From NCBI GenBank assembly GCA_964474095.1, contig CAYYRU010000004.1:14859-78858 (forward strand): DNA of 64,000 nucleotides, given 5' to 3'. A program made the translations under genes and the position numbers. Source of the stretch: an uncultured Anaerolinea sp. Its GTDB lineage: Bacteria > Chloroflexota > Anaerolineae > Anaerolineales > Anaerolineaceae. This document shows positions 1-10,460 of this stretch, one piece after another (within the stretch, counting starts at the first letter, position 1; each line of letters starts with the position of its first letter). A model generated the notes under the pieces. The model was given only the letters and a program-made list of their open reading frames with translations, ran no database searches and was not told the origin of the DNA.

Positions 1-49
1 AACCTCTCCCTCGGATACCCCAATTATTCTTTCACCTGGTGCCGGAGGA

Positions 50-1576
50 ATGACGGCGACTCCATTTCAACCCGTCAATGAGCCCTACCAAGTTTTCATC
101 TCCGGGGGAATCCCTCAGGAATGGCGCACTCTGTTTCGGGAAGTGCCTGTTACTGACAATTCTATATCAGCCGACCTGATCTTTTCACCTTTGGCACCAA
201 AAGACGGTCATATTGTTGGCGCGGTATTTCAACGCGTGTATGCGTTGGTAGCCCCCTTTGATACGGTAACCGATGGGATCAGCCTCAATGACTTGCAGAC
301 TGTTTGGCAAGGCGGTGAAACCACTGCAAGTTTTTCAAGCCTGATCATGGAAGAACAAACCAGCAAGGTTTTCAGTGAACTGTGGCAACTTGAAGCAAGC
401 CAAAACGTGAAAATTGTTTCAAAAGAAGAGATCGTCTCACAGGTATGGAACAATGACGGTACCTGGGCAATCATCCCCTTTGAAGAGATCAAGCCGCGGT
501 ATAAAGTGATGCGCATCAACGGCATCAGCCCATTTGATCGGCCCATGGACGCTGATCATTACCCGCTGATTGTATCCCATCGTTTCTATGGGAGTCAGGC
601 GGCCATTGAGAGTTCCGGGGAATTAATCGAGCAACTAGTTAATGTGATCCCATCCACCAACCGTGACGAAGCCAAAATCACGATCATTATGATGACAGGC
701 ACGACCGCGATTGCCCGGGTAACTTTAAGAAAGATCGAATTAAATGATTATGATTATCCAATCGAATTCGTTAGAGACTGGTTCCTTTCCGCCGACCTGC
801 GGCATGTGAGTAATGAAGTATCCTTTAATGAGGAATGTGTATTTACAGATGCATATACCATGAGTTTTTGTTCAAAACCCGACCAGATCAAGGTTTTAGA
901 GAATATCGGGGTGAATGTGGTTGAATCCACCGGAAATCATATGAACGACTATGGAGCAGACGCATTCTCATATACACTTGGAATGTACCAGGATCGCGGC
1001 TGGTTGAATTTTGGCGGCGGGATCAACGCTGAGGCAGCAAAACAACCGGCACTTACCGAAGTTAATGGAAACAAGGTGGCTTTCATAGGCTGTAATCCGA
1101 TCGGATTTACTGGTGCATGGGCAACGGATACCCAGGCGGGTGCAGCGAAATGTGATTATGATTTTTTTAATCAAAAAATCTCTGAACTGAAATCACAAGG
1201 TTACATTGTCATTGCCACCTTCCAGGAAACAGAAATAGATCTTCCGATGTATGACGAACACTACCGCACACCGTTTAAAGAGGCAGCTCTGGCTGGCGCG
1301 GATATCGTGCAAGGGTCACAGGCTCACGTCCCCATGGGGTTTGAGTTCGTGGATGATCATTTCATCCATTATGGGTTGGGCAATTTTCTCTTTGACCAGA
1401 TGGAACCAATCAATACACGTGAATTCTATGATCGCCACATCATATATGATGGAAATTATTTAGGCACTGAATTGTTAACCGCCAACCTGACAGATTGGTC
1501 GCAGCCAGTGCCCATGACACAAAATGAGCGAATTTCCTTCCTTCAGGAAATATTTGATGCCAGTGATATGAGGTAA
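50..1576 (+). CDS. CapA-family (PGA_cap, metallophosphatase-like) protein with an uncharacterised ~230 aa N-terminal region
   Basis: ATG at 50 preceded by GGAGGA. C-terminal half (ESTGNHMNDYG, VAFIGCN, GADIVQGSQAHV) resembles the CapA/PGA_cap fold. The N-terminal half has no motif I recognise. Confidence 0.7.
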   Translation: MTATPFQPVNEPYQVFISGGIPQEWRTLFREVPVTDNSISADLIFSPLAPKDGHIVGAVFQRVYALVAPFDTVTDGISLNDLQTVWQGGETTASFSSLIMEEQTSKVFSELWQLEASQNVKIVSKEEIVSQVWNNDGTWAIIPFEEIKPRYKVMRINGISPFDRPMDADHYPLIVSHRFYGSQAAIESSGELIEQLVNVIPSTNRDEAKITIIMMTGTTAIARVTLRKIELNDYDYPIEFVRDWFLSADLRHVSNEVSFNEECVFTDAYTMSFCSKPDQIKVLENIGVNVVESTGNHMNDYGADAFSYTLGMYQDRGWLNFGGGINAEAAKQPALTEVNGNKVAFIGCNPIGFTGAWATDTQAGAAKCDYDFFNQKISELKSQGYIVIATFQETEIDLPMYDEHYRTPFKEAALAGADIVQGSQAHVPMGFEFVDDHFIHYGLGNFLFDQMEPINTREFYDRHIIYDGNYLGTELLTANLTDWSQPVPMTQNERISFLQEIFDASDMR

Positions 1577-1579
1577 AAA

Positions 1580-2215
1580 ATGAAAATCCATGATCTTACA
1601 GTCCCGATCCACGAAGGTATGCCAGTTTGGCCGGGTGACGACCCGGTGGTACTGCGGCGCAGGGCAAAAATTGAAGAGGGAGCGCACGCCAATGTCTCGT
1701 TCATGAGCCTGAGTGCCCACACCGGCACTCACGTGGACGCGCCTTATCATTTCATCGCGGATGGTTCCAAGGTGCATGAAATGCCATTGGATGTATTGAT
1801 TGGACCGGCCTTGGTGGTGGAAGTGCCTGAGGCGGTTTCAGTGATCGATGCCGATCAGATCGCTTCAATGAACCTCCGACCGGGCACCACGCGGATCCTT
1901 TTCAAAACCCGTAATTCCAGATTTTGGAATTTGAAAGAGGAAGTCTTTCAGACCCAATTCGTAGGTATCGATCAAGGTGCAGCCCAAATGTTAGTGGAAC
2001 TCGGCGTAAAATTAGTGGGGATCGATTATCTTTCGATTGCCCCTTACAAGAACAGCAAACCAACGCATGATGTTTTGCTGGGCGCAAAAATGGTAATCAT
2101 TGAGGGTCTTGATCTGCGAGAAGTAAATGGCGGAGCGTATACGCTCTACTGTCTGCCGTTGAAACTTCAAGCAACGGACGGCGCGCCCGCGCGAGTGATT
2201 CTAACTGAACCATAA
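1580..2215 (+). CDS. cyclase family protein (kynurenine formamidase-like)
   Basis: HTGTHVDAPYHF matches the HxGTHxDxPxH cyclase/arylformamidase signature. 3 nt gap from the upstream gene. Confidence 0.8.
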   Translation: MKIHDLTVPIHEGMPVWPGDDPVVLRRRAKIEEGAHANVSFMSLSAHTGTHVDAPYHFIADGSKVHEMPLDVLIGPALVVEVPEAVSVIDADQIASMNLRPGTTRILFKTRNSRFWNLKEEVFQTQFVGIDQGAAQMLVELGVKLVGIDYLSIAPYKNSKPTHDVLLGAKMVIIEGLDLREVNGGAYTLYCLPLKLQATDGAPARVILTEP

Positions 2216-2228
2216 AAAGCGAGGAAAA

Positions 2229-3575
2229 ATGATCGAACTGCCTGATTCAGAGATCTTGCCGCTTTCAATGGAGCATAATTTTTGGACCTGGTCCGCACAA
2301 TCTCGGGTAAATCCCATCCCGGTCAAGCGCGCTCAAGGGGTTTACTTTTGGGATGTGAATGACAAACGCTACCTCGACCTGAATTCAATGGTCATGTGTG
2401 TCAACATCGGTCATGGGAATGAGCACGTGATGAATGCTATGATCGATCAGGTGCGGGAATTGCCATTTGCCGGGCCGGGGATGGCCACCAAGCCCAGGGC
2501 ACTGCTAGGGAACGTTTTATCAGAGGTGGTTCCACCTGGACTGACAAAATTCCTTTACACATTGGGCGGTGCGGACGCAAACGAAAATGCCATCAAACTC
2601 GCCCGCGCATACACCGGCAAGTTCAAGATCTTAACACGTTACCGGTCCTACCACGGAGCCTCCTATGGCGCCATTGCCGCTACTGGCGATCCGCGGCGGG
2701 TGGCCTGGGAACCGACTGTCATGCCTGGGGTGGTGCATTTTCTCGATCCGTATCGCTACCGCTCCACGTTTCATCGTCATAATCAAGAGGTCAGTGATGA
2801 AGAATTTGGCCACGATTACCTGAACCATCTGGAGGAGATCATCCAGTACGAAGGGCCTGATACCATCGCCGCAGTCATGATGGAATCAGTGACGGGCACC
2901 AACGGCATTTTCATCCCGCCAGTTGGTTATATGGAAGGTGTCCGGCGCCTGTGCGACCGCTATAACATATTAATGATCGCCGATGAGGTAATGAGCGGTT
3001 TTGGCCGCACGGGCAAGTGGTTCGCGGTTGATCACTGGAAGGTGGTGCCGGATATCATGACCATGGCCAAAGGATTGACTTCTGGCTATGCTCCCCTGGG
3101 ATGTGTGGCCATGAAACCGGAGATCGCGGCTACATTTAATACCCGAGTTTTCCAAGGTGGGTTGACTTACAACGGACATCCTGTTTCTCTGGCGGCCGCC
3201 ATTGCCAACATTCAGGTCATGCAACAAGAAGGTTTGGTGGAACGTGCCAACAAGACCGGCAAAGTCATGGCTGACATGTTGGCGGAACTGGTCGAGAGAC
3301 ATCCTTCTGTGGGAGAAGTGCGTTCCATTGGCTTGTTTGGAGCCATCGAGTTGGTCAAGAACAAGAAAACCCGTGAACCGGCGGCTCCTTTTGGCGCCAG
3401 CAGCGCGGAGATGAACGCGATTAAGCAATATTTGCTTGAACATGGAGTGTATCTTTATACGCATTGGAACATCATATTATTGATCCCGCCTCTAATAATT
3501 ACCGAGGATCAACTCGCGGAAGGCCTTGAGATCATTGAGAAGAGCATCGAAATTACAGACAAAATTGCATCATAA
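2229..3575 (+). CDS. class III (omega) pyridoxal-phosphate aminotransferase
   Basis: 448 aa with GGADANENAIKLAR, IADEVMSGFGRTG and TMAKGLTSGY (PLP lysine context). GAGGAAAA RBS. Confidence 0.85.
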   Translation: MIELPDSEILPLSMEHNFWTWSAQSRVNPIPVKRAQGVYFWDVNDKRYLDLNSMVMCVNIGHGNEHVMNAMIDQVRELPFAGPGMATKPRALLGNVLSEVVPPGLTKFLYTLGGADANENAIKLARAYTGKFKILTRYRSYHGASYGAIAATGDPRRVAWEPTVMPGVVHFLDPYRYRSTFHRHNQEVSDEEFGHDYLNHLEEIIQYEGPDTIAAVMMESVTGTNGIFIPPVGYMEGVRRLCDRYNILMIADEVMSGFGRTGKWFAVDHWKVVPDIMTMAKGLTSGYAPLGCVAMKPEIAATFNTRVFQGGLTYNGHPVSLAAAIANIQVMQQEGLVERANKTGKVMADMLAELVERHPSVGEVRSIGLFGAIELVKNKKTREPAAPFGASSAEMNAIKQYLLEHGVYLYTHWNIILLIPPLIITEDQLAEGLEIIEKSIEITDKIAS

Positions 3576-3588
3576 TCGGAGTGTCATT

Positions 3589-4506
3589 ATGGAAAGTATT
3601 GAAAAAGTAGTCATTCTTGGTGCCGGACCTGCCGGTCTGGCGGCCGCCTTATATGCCGCGCGAGCGGAATTAAACCCGCTGGTACTGACCGGGATACAAC
3701 CTGGTGGTCAAGCATCCTTAACCAACGTCATTGAAAATTACCCAGGATTCCCTGATGGGGTGGGTGGTGCCGAACTGGGTGAACTTTTTCAGAAGCAAGC
3801 CGAGCGGTTTGGCGCGCGTGTTGAGTTTGATTCAGTGACTGAAGTGGATTTCAACCAAAAACCGTTAAAGGTGAAAACGTATGGACGGGATATATTAACA
3901 GAATCTGTGATCATCGCCACGGGGGCCAGTTCAAATAAGTTGAATGTTCCTGGAGAGGACGCGATGGTTGGCAAGGGCGTTTCTTATTGCGCCACTTGTG
4001 ATGGCTGGTTTTTTAAAGAGAAGAAAGTGGTGGTAGTTGGAGGTGGAGACAGCGCTCTTGAAGAGGCTCTTTTCTTAACCCGTTATGCTACCGAAGTGAC
4101 CATCATTCACCGGCGCGACACCTTTAGAGCCGGAGCTTTGCTGCAAAAACGGATGCGAGAGAATCCCAAGATCAAGCTGGTATTGGATTCTGTTGTGAAA
4201 GAGATCAAGGGCTCTGGTAAAGTGGAAGCCGTAGAGATAGAGAATGTCAAAACAGGCACCCTTTCAACCCTGATCACGGATGGTGTGTTCATTTTCATTG
4301 GACACACTCCAAACAATGATCTCTACAAAGGTCAACTTGTAATGGATGAAAAAGGGTTCATCCAGGTGGACTCGAAGATGCGCACCAGCGTTGCCGGTGT
4401 TTTTGCAGCCGGCGAAGCAGCGGATTCTGACTTCAAACAGGTGATCACCTCAGCCGGTATGGGCGCAGCCGCGGCCATTGAAGCTGGAAGATTCCTGGCA
4501 GAGTAA
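3589..4506 (+). CDS. trxB: thioredoxin-disulfide reductase
   Basis: GAGPAGLAAALYAAR FAD motif, redox CATCDG, GGGDSALEEA NADPH motif. ATG at 3589 chosen over the longer ORF start at 3526, which overlaps the upstream gene. Confidence 0.9.
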   Translation: MESIEKVVILGAGPAGLAAALYAARAELNPLVLTGIQPGGQASLTNVIENYPGFPDGVGGAELGELFQKQAERFGARVEFDSVTEVDFNQKPLKVKTYGRDILTESVIIATGASSNKLNVPGEDAMVGKGVSYCATCDGWFFKEKKVVVVGGGDSALEEALFLTRYATEVTIIHRRDTFRAGALLQKRMRENPKIKLVLDSVVKEIKGSGKVEAVEIENVKTGTLSTLITDGVFIFIGHTPNNDLYKGQLVMDEKGFIQVDSKMRTSVAGVFAAGEAADSDFKQVITSAGMGAAAAIEAGRFLAE

Positions 4507-4511
4507 ATAAA

Positions 4512-4541
4512 AACAGGCTCCCTTATCAAAGGGAGCCTGTT
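4512..4541. terminator. bidirectional hairpin between convergent trxB and the LysM gene
   Basis: AACAGGCTCCC / loop TTATCAAA / GGGAGCCTGTT, a perfect 11-bp stem flanked by A/T runs. Confidence 0.6.
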
Positions 4542-4556
4542 ACATCTTGATTCAAT

Positions 4557-5708
4557 TTAGGGGGTCGGAGTGGTGGCAGCACCACCGGTACCGGACCACG
4601 CGAAGACTCTAAATGCGCTGACTGTTCCGTATTGTACGAAAATAGGCTGCCCATCGCTGGTGGAACCATCCTGGCGGACGGCTACCACAGACCACTTGAA
4701 GATATGGTTGGTATTATCCAGGGGGCGCAGGCTGGCGGGAACAGTGAACTTCGTATCAGTAACGTATTGGATCGTTTTCTTTTCACCACCTGAAGTGACA
4801 TCTTCAATGGTTACGGCATAAGCTTCATTGGCGCGCAGAGTGCCTACGGAAGCCCATTGCAGGATGATGGTGTCTGTAATGTTAGAATAGACGGTTCCAT
4901 CCGCAGGTAGCAGTAAACTGGCCTGAGGATAGGGCGGTGCCAATGTTGCTGTAGGGGTAGGACCTGGAGTGGGTTTTCGTTCACATAACGGCAGGTTCAA
5001 CTGCATGCCTTCCATGATGATATCAGAGGCCAGACCATTGAAATTTTTAATGGATTCCTGGCTGATATTGTAATTGAGCGAAATACCCATAAGGGTATCC
5101 CCAGGTTGAACAATGTATGGATATGTTCCGCAGGCATTGGCGGTGGCTTCCGCTTCACTCATGGTGGCCGTTGGCATCGGTGAAGGCGTGGCAGTAGGCA
5201 CAGGCACGAGAATCGTTTGACCCTCATTCAATGTCAGACACTCAGAATCCAGGTTATTTAGGTTGATGATACTTAGAGCAGAAACACTATATGCCGCTGC
5301 GATATCGCTGCAGGTTTGACCGGCTTTCACCACATATTGAATTGGTGGCAGATTGGTCGGTGTGGGGGCGGCGGTGGGTTCTCTGGTGGGTTCTGGAGTA
5401 TTCGTGATGGTCGGAGTGACTGTAATTGTCGGTGTCTCGGTTGGCGCACTGATATTGCCCGTGCCCTGCAAGATCACATAAACCAGGGCGGCGCCAAGGC
5501 CAAGCACCAGCACCAAAAGTCCCAAGGCGGCCGGAAGACTTAGTTTGAGTTCCGGAAGTTTGGGTGCCTGCACCGGGTTGGGAGCGGCGGCTTTTGTATT
5601 GGAAGTAAAATTCCTTCCGCAGACCAGACAGCGGGTTGCGTTCTCGCTTAGGCGGGTTCCGCAGGTCGGACAGACTTTGTTTGTTGAAGTGTTGTTTTCA
5701 GGACTCAT
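4557..5708 (-). CDS. zinc-ribbon / TM / Pro-Thr linker / 2x LysM envelope protein
   Basis: CPTCGTRLSENATRCLVCG zinc ribbon, one TM helix, two LysM repeats (YVVKAGQTCSDIAAAY, YIVQPGDTLMGISLNY) and a beta-rich C-terminal domain. ATG at 5708; an alternative TTG lies at 5726. Confidence 0.8.
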   Translation of the reverse strand: MSPENNTSTNKVCPTCGTRLSENATRCLVCGRNFTSNTKAAAPNPVQAPKLPELKLSLPAALGLLVLVLGLGAALVYVILQGTGNISAPTETPTITVTPTITNTPEPTREPTAAPTPTNLPPIQYVVKAGQTCSDIAAAYSVSALSIINLNNLDSECLTLNEGQTILVPVPTATPSPMPTATMSEAEATANACGTYPYIVQPGDTLMGISLNYNISQESIKNFNGLASDIIMEGMQLNLPLCERKPTPGPTPTATLAPPYPQASLLLPADGTVYSNITDTIILQWASVGTLRANEAYAVTIEDVTSGGEKKTIQYVTDTKFTVPASLRPLDNTNHIFKWSVVAVRQDGSTSDGQPIFVQYGTVSAFRVFAWSGTGGAATTPTP

Positions 5709-5812
5709 ATTCTCATTTTCTTTCAAGGTGAACTGAAGTAAGAATTATAACATTACACAAGTTCACGGTCTCAATTGCGGGCTGGTGAGGTGTGTGATAT
5801 TCTTGCTTTACG

Positions 5813-7030
5813 ATGAAATCCACCAGTATCTATTTTCATATTCCATTCTGCAAAAGCAGATGCGGTTATTGTGATTTTAACACATTTGCTGGCATGAATT
5901 CCTTTTTACCGCAATACATCATAGCTCTTTGTCAAGAGATGGAAATAATATCCCAGGCCAGTCCAGAAAAAATAAAGGTGGGGACTTTATTTTTTGGCGG
6001 CGGAACCCCTTCCTTGCTCTCTGTTTCACATTTGGAATCGATCTTATCAATGGCGAAAGAGCGATTTAACTTGCAAGATGATTCTGAGATCACCCTGGAA
6101 GCCAATCCGGGCACCGTCAGTCAGAGTTATTTACAGGAAATCAGTAAGTTGGGAATCAATCGCATCAGTTTTGGAATGCAATCCGCGCATGTGGATGAAC
6201 TGCGGACGCTCAACCGACTGCATCGGCATGAAGATGTCATCCAAGCCGTCAAATGGAGCAAACAGGCAGGCATAAAGCATATCAACCTGGATCTGATCTT
6301 CGGCATCCCAGGGCAAACGTTGGAGCATTGGCAGGATTCATTGGAACTGGCTTTACATGAACGGGTTGATCACTTTTCACTTTATTCATTGTCCATTGAA
6401 GAAGGCACCCCCATGCAATCTTGGGTAACGCATGGACTAGTCAACCAGCCTGATGAAGATCTGTCCGCTGATATGTACGAGCTTGCCATGGAAGAACTCG
6501 AACAAGCTGGTTTCAATCAATATGAAATTTCAAACTGGGCTCTGGAAGCCCAGGAGAATTCACGCTGCCGGCATAACCTGCAGTACTGGCGGTCATTACC
6601 TTACCTGGGGTTTGGAGCCGGGGCTCATGGTTTTGATGGCAAAACCCGTACTGCCAACGTAAATGGGATTGTGGATTACATCAATCTTGTGACAAAATCT
6701 ACTCCACGGCTGTTCCCTGCTGGTCCGGCTTGTGAAATTGCCAGCCAATTAAGTGACTGGGATTTGATGCAGGAATTCATGATGGTCGGGCTGCGACTTA
6801 CTGAGGAAGGAATTTCACGCTCAAATTTCGAACAGCGCTTCAACCATTCACTGGATACCATGTTCGAATCTCAGATCAATAAACTGAGGGCGCAAGGATT
6901 GATCGAGGATCATCCGCAAAACCCTGACCGGCTACGTATGACCAGGTCGGGTCGGTTTTTTGGCAATCGTGTATTCATGGAATTTGTGGGGAACTCGGAC
7001 CCATTTACACAAAACGAACTTGATCAATAG
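5813..7030 (+). CDS. hemW: radical SAM heme chaperone HemW (coproporphyrinogen III oxidase-like)
   Basis: YFHIPFCKSRCGYCDF CxxxCxxC radical SAM motif, about 400 aa HemN-like architecture. Confidence 0.85.
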   Translation: MKSTSIYFHIPFCKSRCGYCDFNTFAGMNSFLPQYIIALCQEMEIISQASPEKIKVGTLFFGGGTPSLLSVSHLESILSMAKERFNLQDDSEITLEANPGTVSQSYLQEISKLGINRISFGMQSAHVDELRTLNRLHRHEDVIQAVKWSKQAGIKHINLDLIFGIPGQTLEHWQDSLELALHERVDHFSLYSLSIEEGTPMQSWVTHGLVNQPDEDLSADMYELAMEELEQAGFNQYEISNWALEAQENSRCRHNLQYWRSLPYLGFGAGAHGFDGKTRTANVNGIVDYINLVTKSTPRLFPAGPACEIASQLSDWDLMQEFMMVGLRLTEEGISRSNFEQRFNHSLDTMFESQINKLRAQGLIEDHPQNPDRLRMTRSGRFFGNRVFMEFVGNSDPFTQNELDQ

Positions 7031-8100
7031 ATGATGACCTGGGTGCCGTAACCTGTCGTCTCAATGCGTTCTTCATCAGAAACCGGTGTGGTCCAACGGT
7101 AAATCCAGCGCGCTTCATCATCTTTCATGTTAATACAACCGTGACTCTTTGGCCTGCCAAAATCCTGGTGCCAATGGGTGCCGTGAAAGGCCACTCCGTT
7201 TGTCATTTCGAAGAAAGATACCCACGACACTCCCGGTAACACGTAGGCGTCTTTTGCATAATTCGCATAAGGCTGCTCCTCGCCCATGTGTTTGGAGATC
7301 ATTTTGGATCCCACATTGAAAGTGCCGGTGGGCGTTTTCCATGTGCTGCCGTTGGGCGGGGTGTAATTTAACCCAGAAGAAATCTTGGTTTGCAATACCA
7401 CTTTACCATCTTCAAAGGCTGTCAACTCTTGGGTTTCAAGCGAAACTTCGATGCGCTTTTTTTCAGGAGGAACGTCTATCGCGATGGGGGAGTACTCTGA
7501 AGGGTCCAGGAGACGTGCGTGTTTGGCAGGGATGTAGTAGTCCATGGTTTCTGAATATTTCAGGAGATCATCCCGCAGGCGGTACCAGACCTCACCATTG
7601 GGGCCCTCGGCAATGCCGACCGCGCGGTGGATGGTGCCGAAATAAAGCCGGTAGCTTTCAGTCCACTGACCAGGGAGGCGTTGAAAATAGCTCTGGGTAA
7701 AGGGAACGGTGATCTCTATGGGAGTGATGCCTTCTGTAAGATAATCTGGAACCTGGTTTAAACGTACCTGCACCGGCTGGACAGCGGCGCAATGGATGAA
7801 TCCACCCCATACCCGGTACCAGAGCGGATTGTATATTGGTTTTTTGTCTGAAATTACTTCATAATATACAGGAAGTATCTCGTCACGGTTGCGTTGGAAT
7901 TTGATCTCACTTTCCTCATCCGGCCGGCTGTAAACGCTCAGGGTTTCAGAAGCATCGATGGCAATACGAATAAGCGATCCACTGTCTTGCAGTTCCGCGA
8001 AATCAAAGGCGGGTTTGAAGGCCAACCCTGCCAGGCCAAGACCAGAAAGTGAAATGCCGGTAAATTTTAGAAAATCGCGGCGAGAAAAAAGTTGACTCAT
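7024..8100 (-). CDS. L,D-transpeptidase (YkuD domain) with twin-arginine signal
   Basis: SRRDFLKF Tat motif near the N-terminus and active-site HGTHWHQDFGRPKSHGCINM at the C-terminus. ATG at 8100 preferred over TTG at 8133. The 3' end overlaps hemW by 7 nt (convergent). Confidence 0.85.
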   Translation of the reverse strand: MSQLFSRRDFLKFTGISLSGLGLAGLAFKPAFDFAELQDSGSLIRIAIDASETLSVYSRPDEESEIKFQRNRDEILPVYYEVISDKKPIYNPLWYRVWGGFIHCAAVQPVQVRLNQVPDYLTEGITPIEITVPFTQSYFQRLPGQWTESYRLYFGTIHRAVGIAEGPNGEVWYRLRDDLLKYSETMDYYIPAKHARLLDPSEYSPIAIDVPPEKKRIEVSLETQELTAFEDGKVVLQTKISSGLNYTPPNGSTWKTPTGTFNVGSKMISKHMGEEQPYANYAKDAYVLPGVSWVSFFEMTNGVAFHGTHWHQDFGRPKSHGCINMKDDEARWIYRWTTPVSDEERIETTGYGTQVIIY

Positions 8101-8129
8101 AATGTCTGAATTATACCAGTAGAAAAATC

Positions 8130-10457
8130 TCAATCGTTCGAGTAAAGGGCGGAAATCTCACAGTTCTGGTAGAAATGCCTAAAAGCCTTGATCTCGGCCA
8201 TCTCTCGTTGAAGCCTGTTTCTAATTGCAGATTCTGCCTCTTCATCAACGCTTCCGCCCCTCGTGAGGTATGCGGTTCCATTTTCAAGATTGGTCAAGAG
8301 AATGTCTCCTCGAGCAGCGAACCAACGCAGAAGTAACTCAGCGGCCGTTTCAGTCACTGCCAGTTCAACGGCCAAATTTTGTACTCTGATATTCTTGTCT
8401 TCAGTTTCCAGAGTTTGTTTGATATTCCGCGCGGCGGATTTCAATAGAGCAGCCAATTCATTTTCGACGGGCAGAATCCCAAAACAGGCGACGCGGAGTG
8501 GATTGACCGCTTTCAGGATCGCATCCAATGTCTGCCGGTTGGGGGGAATGCTCCAAAGAATGAGTGTGTCATTTGGAGAAAGTTCATAACGATTTTTACC
8601 AGGCAAAGTAGAGGGCAGCGTCCCTTCTGCATAAACTTCACCTGATGCAAGATCCTTGAGTCGAAGTTGTGGAGAGATGTCATGCCGATAATCGAGTACT
8701 TTAATCGCTTTTCTTGACTTAGTCGAAAGCGTGATCGTTTCTTGCTCAGCCAAACGAAAATCCAGCCATTCCAATTGGATCTGCGGCTGACCTTTGTAGG
8801 AGGTGCTGCGCGCGGTATAAGCCAGATCAAAAAGGCCGTCGGGTTGGGGCAAACCAGCAGCCTGCCACCAAAGAATTTTGTATTGATCCCCTGCGGAGTC
8901 TTCCACCAGAACTTGCAGGTGTTCTTTGGCTTTCCCAATGGGGATGGCATCCACCAGGTGAAGATCTCTGGAGGCGAAAACGAGAGGCGGATTTCCAGCT
9001 CCAAAAGGTGATAATTTGTCCAAGGCTTCGAGAAGGCCAAAATCGATCTTTTGGGGCGGCAACCAGACGTCAATCTGCACCTGTTGTACCAGGGGTTCGC
9101 CTGCGGTTTGTGCTTCGACAGAACGGTCAAGCTCCCTTTGGAACTGGAGAAAATTTCGCGGTTCGAGTGAAAGACCGGCAGCCATGGGGTGCCCGCCAAA
9201 TGAGGTTAACAAGTGCCCGTTTTGGCGGATGGCTGTAGTAATATCGATGCCCTCCACTGATCTGGCAGAACCCCGCAAACGTTCACCAGCGGGGGCTACA
9301 AAGAGGATCACCGGTTTATGGAAAAGGTTTACCAAGCGGCTGGCCACAATGCCAACCACACCAGCAGGCCACTCAGGATGAGAGAGCATTAGCACTGCAT
9401 GATCCAATACAGAAGGGGAGCGTTCGATCTGGTCCAGTGCGCCTTGAAAGACCTGATCGCACAAGAGTTTACGTCTGGCATTCAACCCCTCGATCTGATT
9501 GATGGTTACTGCGATCAATGAGGGGTCTTCAGTGAGCAAAAACTCCACCATCGGGTTGGCATCAGCCAGCCTGCCCATGGCATTCATGCGCGGCGCCAGC
9601 GCGAACGAAATGGCTTCTTCAGCGAATTGCTCGCTATTGATCTCGGCGGCTTGCAGCATCATTTGGATGCTGCGGCGCGAGCTTTTACGAATGAGATCAA
9701 TCCCTGACTGGGTGAGGTAGCGCGCATCCGCCTTGAGTTCGGCGATATCCGCCACGATCCCTAACGCTGAAAGGTCGTGCAAGCTTTGTGAGAATTCCGT
9801 TTGACCGAAGCGATCCAAAAGAGCTTCAGCAAACTTATAAGCCGTCCCCACACCGGGTAAAGGCCGCAACGGATGCTCTGGAGCGAGGAATTGCGGATTG
9901 ATCAAAGCGAAAGCAGGCGGTAGCTTTTCAGGGAGTGTATGGTGATCGGTGACGATCACATCCACCCCGTGCTGCTGCGCCCAGCGAATGGAGTCACCTT
10001 CCGAGATGCCTGTGTCACAGGTGATCAGCAGGCTGATGCCGGTTTTCACGAAGTTTTGCAATACCACCAGATTAATGCCGTGGGATTCCGGTCCACGCAC
10101 CGGCACATGATAGCTGACCTGGGCGCCTGCCTGCCTTAAAGCTGCCACCAGGGTGGCGGTGGCTGTTTGACCATCCACATCAAAATCACCCCACACACCG
10201 ATCTTTTCACCCTGCTTGATCGCCTTAATTGTGCGTTCCATGGCTTGTTCCATGCCAGGTAGTTCATATGGTGAGGCGGGGAGATAACTCGTAAAGTCCA
10301 TGAAAGCCCGAGCCTGCGAAGGCGTTTGGATTCCCTGGCGCTGCAAAATGCGCAGCACCAGATCTGGCAAGCCAAGTTCATCTTTCAAGCTTGCGGGAGG
10401 GTTGAAAGCGGGTGGGTCCGTCCAGACCTGTTTGATTACGGAGGATATTGTTCTCAT
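8130..10457 (-). CDS. recJ: single-stranded-DNA-specific 5'-3' exonuclease RecJ
   Basis: DHH family motifs (GDFDVDGQTATA, VIVTDHH) and DHHA1 GGHPMAAG. 775 aa. The start lies 3 nt after the stop of the upstream nuclease gene. Confidence 0.9.
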   Translation of the reverse strand: MRTISSVIKQVWTDPPAFNPPASLKDELGLPDLVLRILQRQGIQTPSQARAFMDFTSYLPASPYELPGMEQAMERTIKAIKQGEKIGVWGDFDVDGQTATATLVAALRQAGAQVSYHVPVRGPESHGINLVVLQNFVKTGISLLITCDTGISEGDSIRWAQQHGVDVIVTDHHTLPEKLPPAFALINPQFLAPEHPLRPLPGVGTAYKFAEALLDRFGQTEFSQSLHDLSALGIVADIAELKADARYLTQSGIDLIRKSSRRSIQMMLQAAEINSEQFAEEAISFALAPRMNAMGRLADANPMVEFLLTEDPSLIAVTINQIEGLNARRKLLCDQVFQGALDQIERSPSVLDHAVLMLSHPEWPAGVVGIVASRLVNLFHKPVILFVAPAGERLRGSARSVEGIDITTAIRQNGHLLTSFGGHPMAAGLSLEPRNFLQFQRELDRSVEAQTAGEPLVQQVQIDVWLPPQKIDFGLLEALDKLSPFGAGNPPLVFASRDLHLVDAIPIGKAKEHLQVLVEDSAGDQYKILWWQAAGLPQPDGLFDLAYTARSTSYKGQPQIQLEWLDFRLAEQETITLSTKSRKAIKVLDYRHDISPQLRLKDLASGEVYAEGTLPSTLPGKNRYELSPNDTLILWSIPPNRQTLDAILKAVNPLRVACFGILPVENELAALLKSAARNIKQTLETEDKNIRVQNLAVELAVTETAAELLLRWFAARGDILLTNLENGTAYLTRGGSVDEEAESAIRNRLQREMAEIKAFRHFYQNCEISALYSND

Positions 10458-10460
10458 CGT

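Noticed and set aside
3526-3588. Long N-terminal extensions offered by the ORF track (also 18611, 28560, 49654, 27215, 37069, 37822)
   Set aside because: The extensions overlap upstream genes and lack an RBS. In each case an internal ATG with a Shine-Dalgarno sequence gives the family-typical N-terminus.
4900-5500. Repetitive-looking Pro/Thr-coding stretches (also 16780-16900 and 42770-42830)
   Set aside because: These are low-complexity PT linker coding sequence inside extracellular proteins. They are not DNA tandem repeats or CRISPR-like arrays.
8513-9199. 228-aa ORF on the same strand as recJ, in another frame
   Set aside because: It lies fully inside the well-supported recJ frame. The composition is Pro/Arg/Trp-rich and typical of off-frame translation, and there is no RBS.
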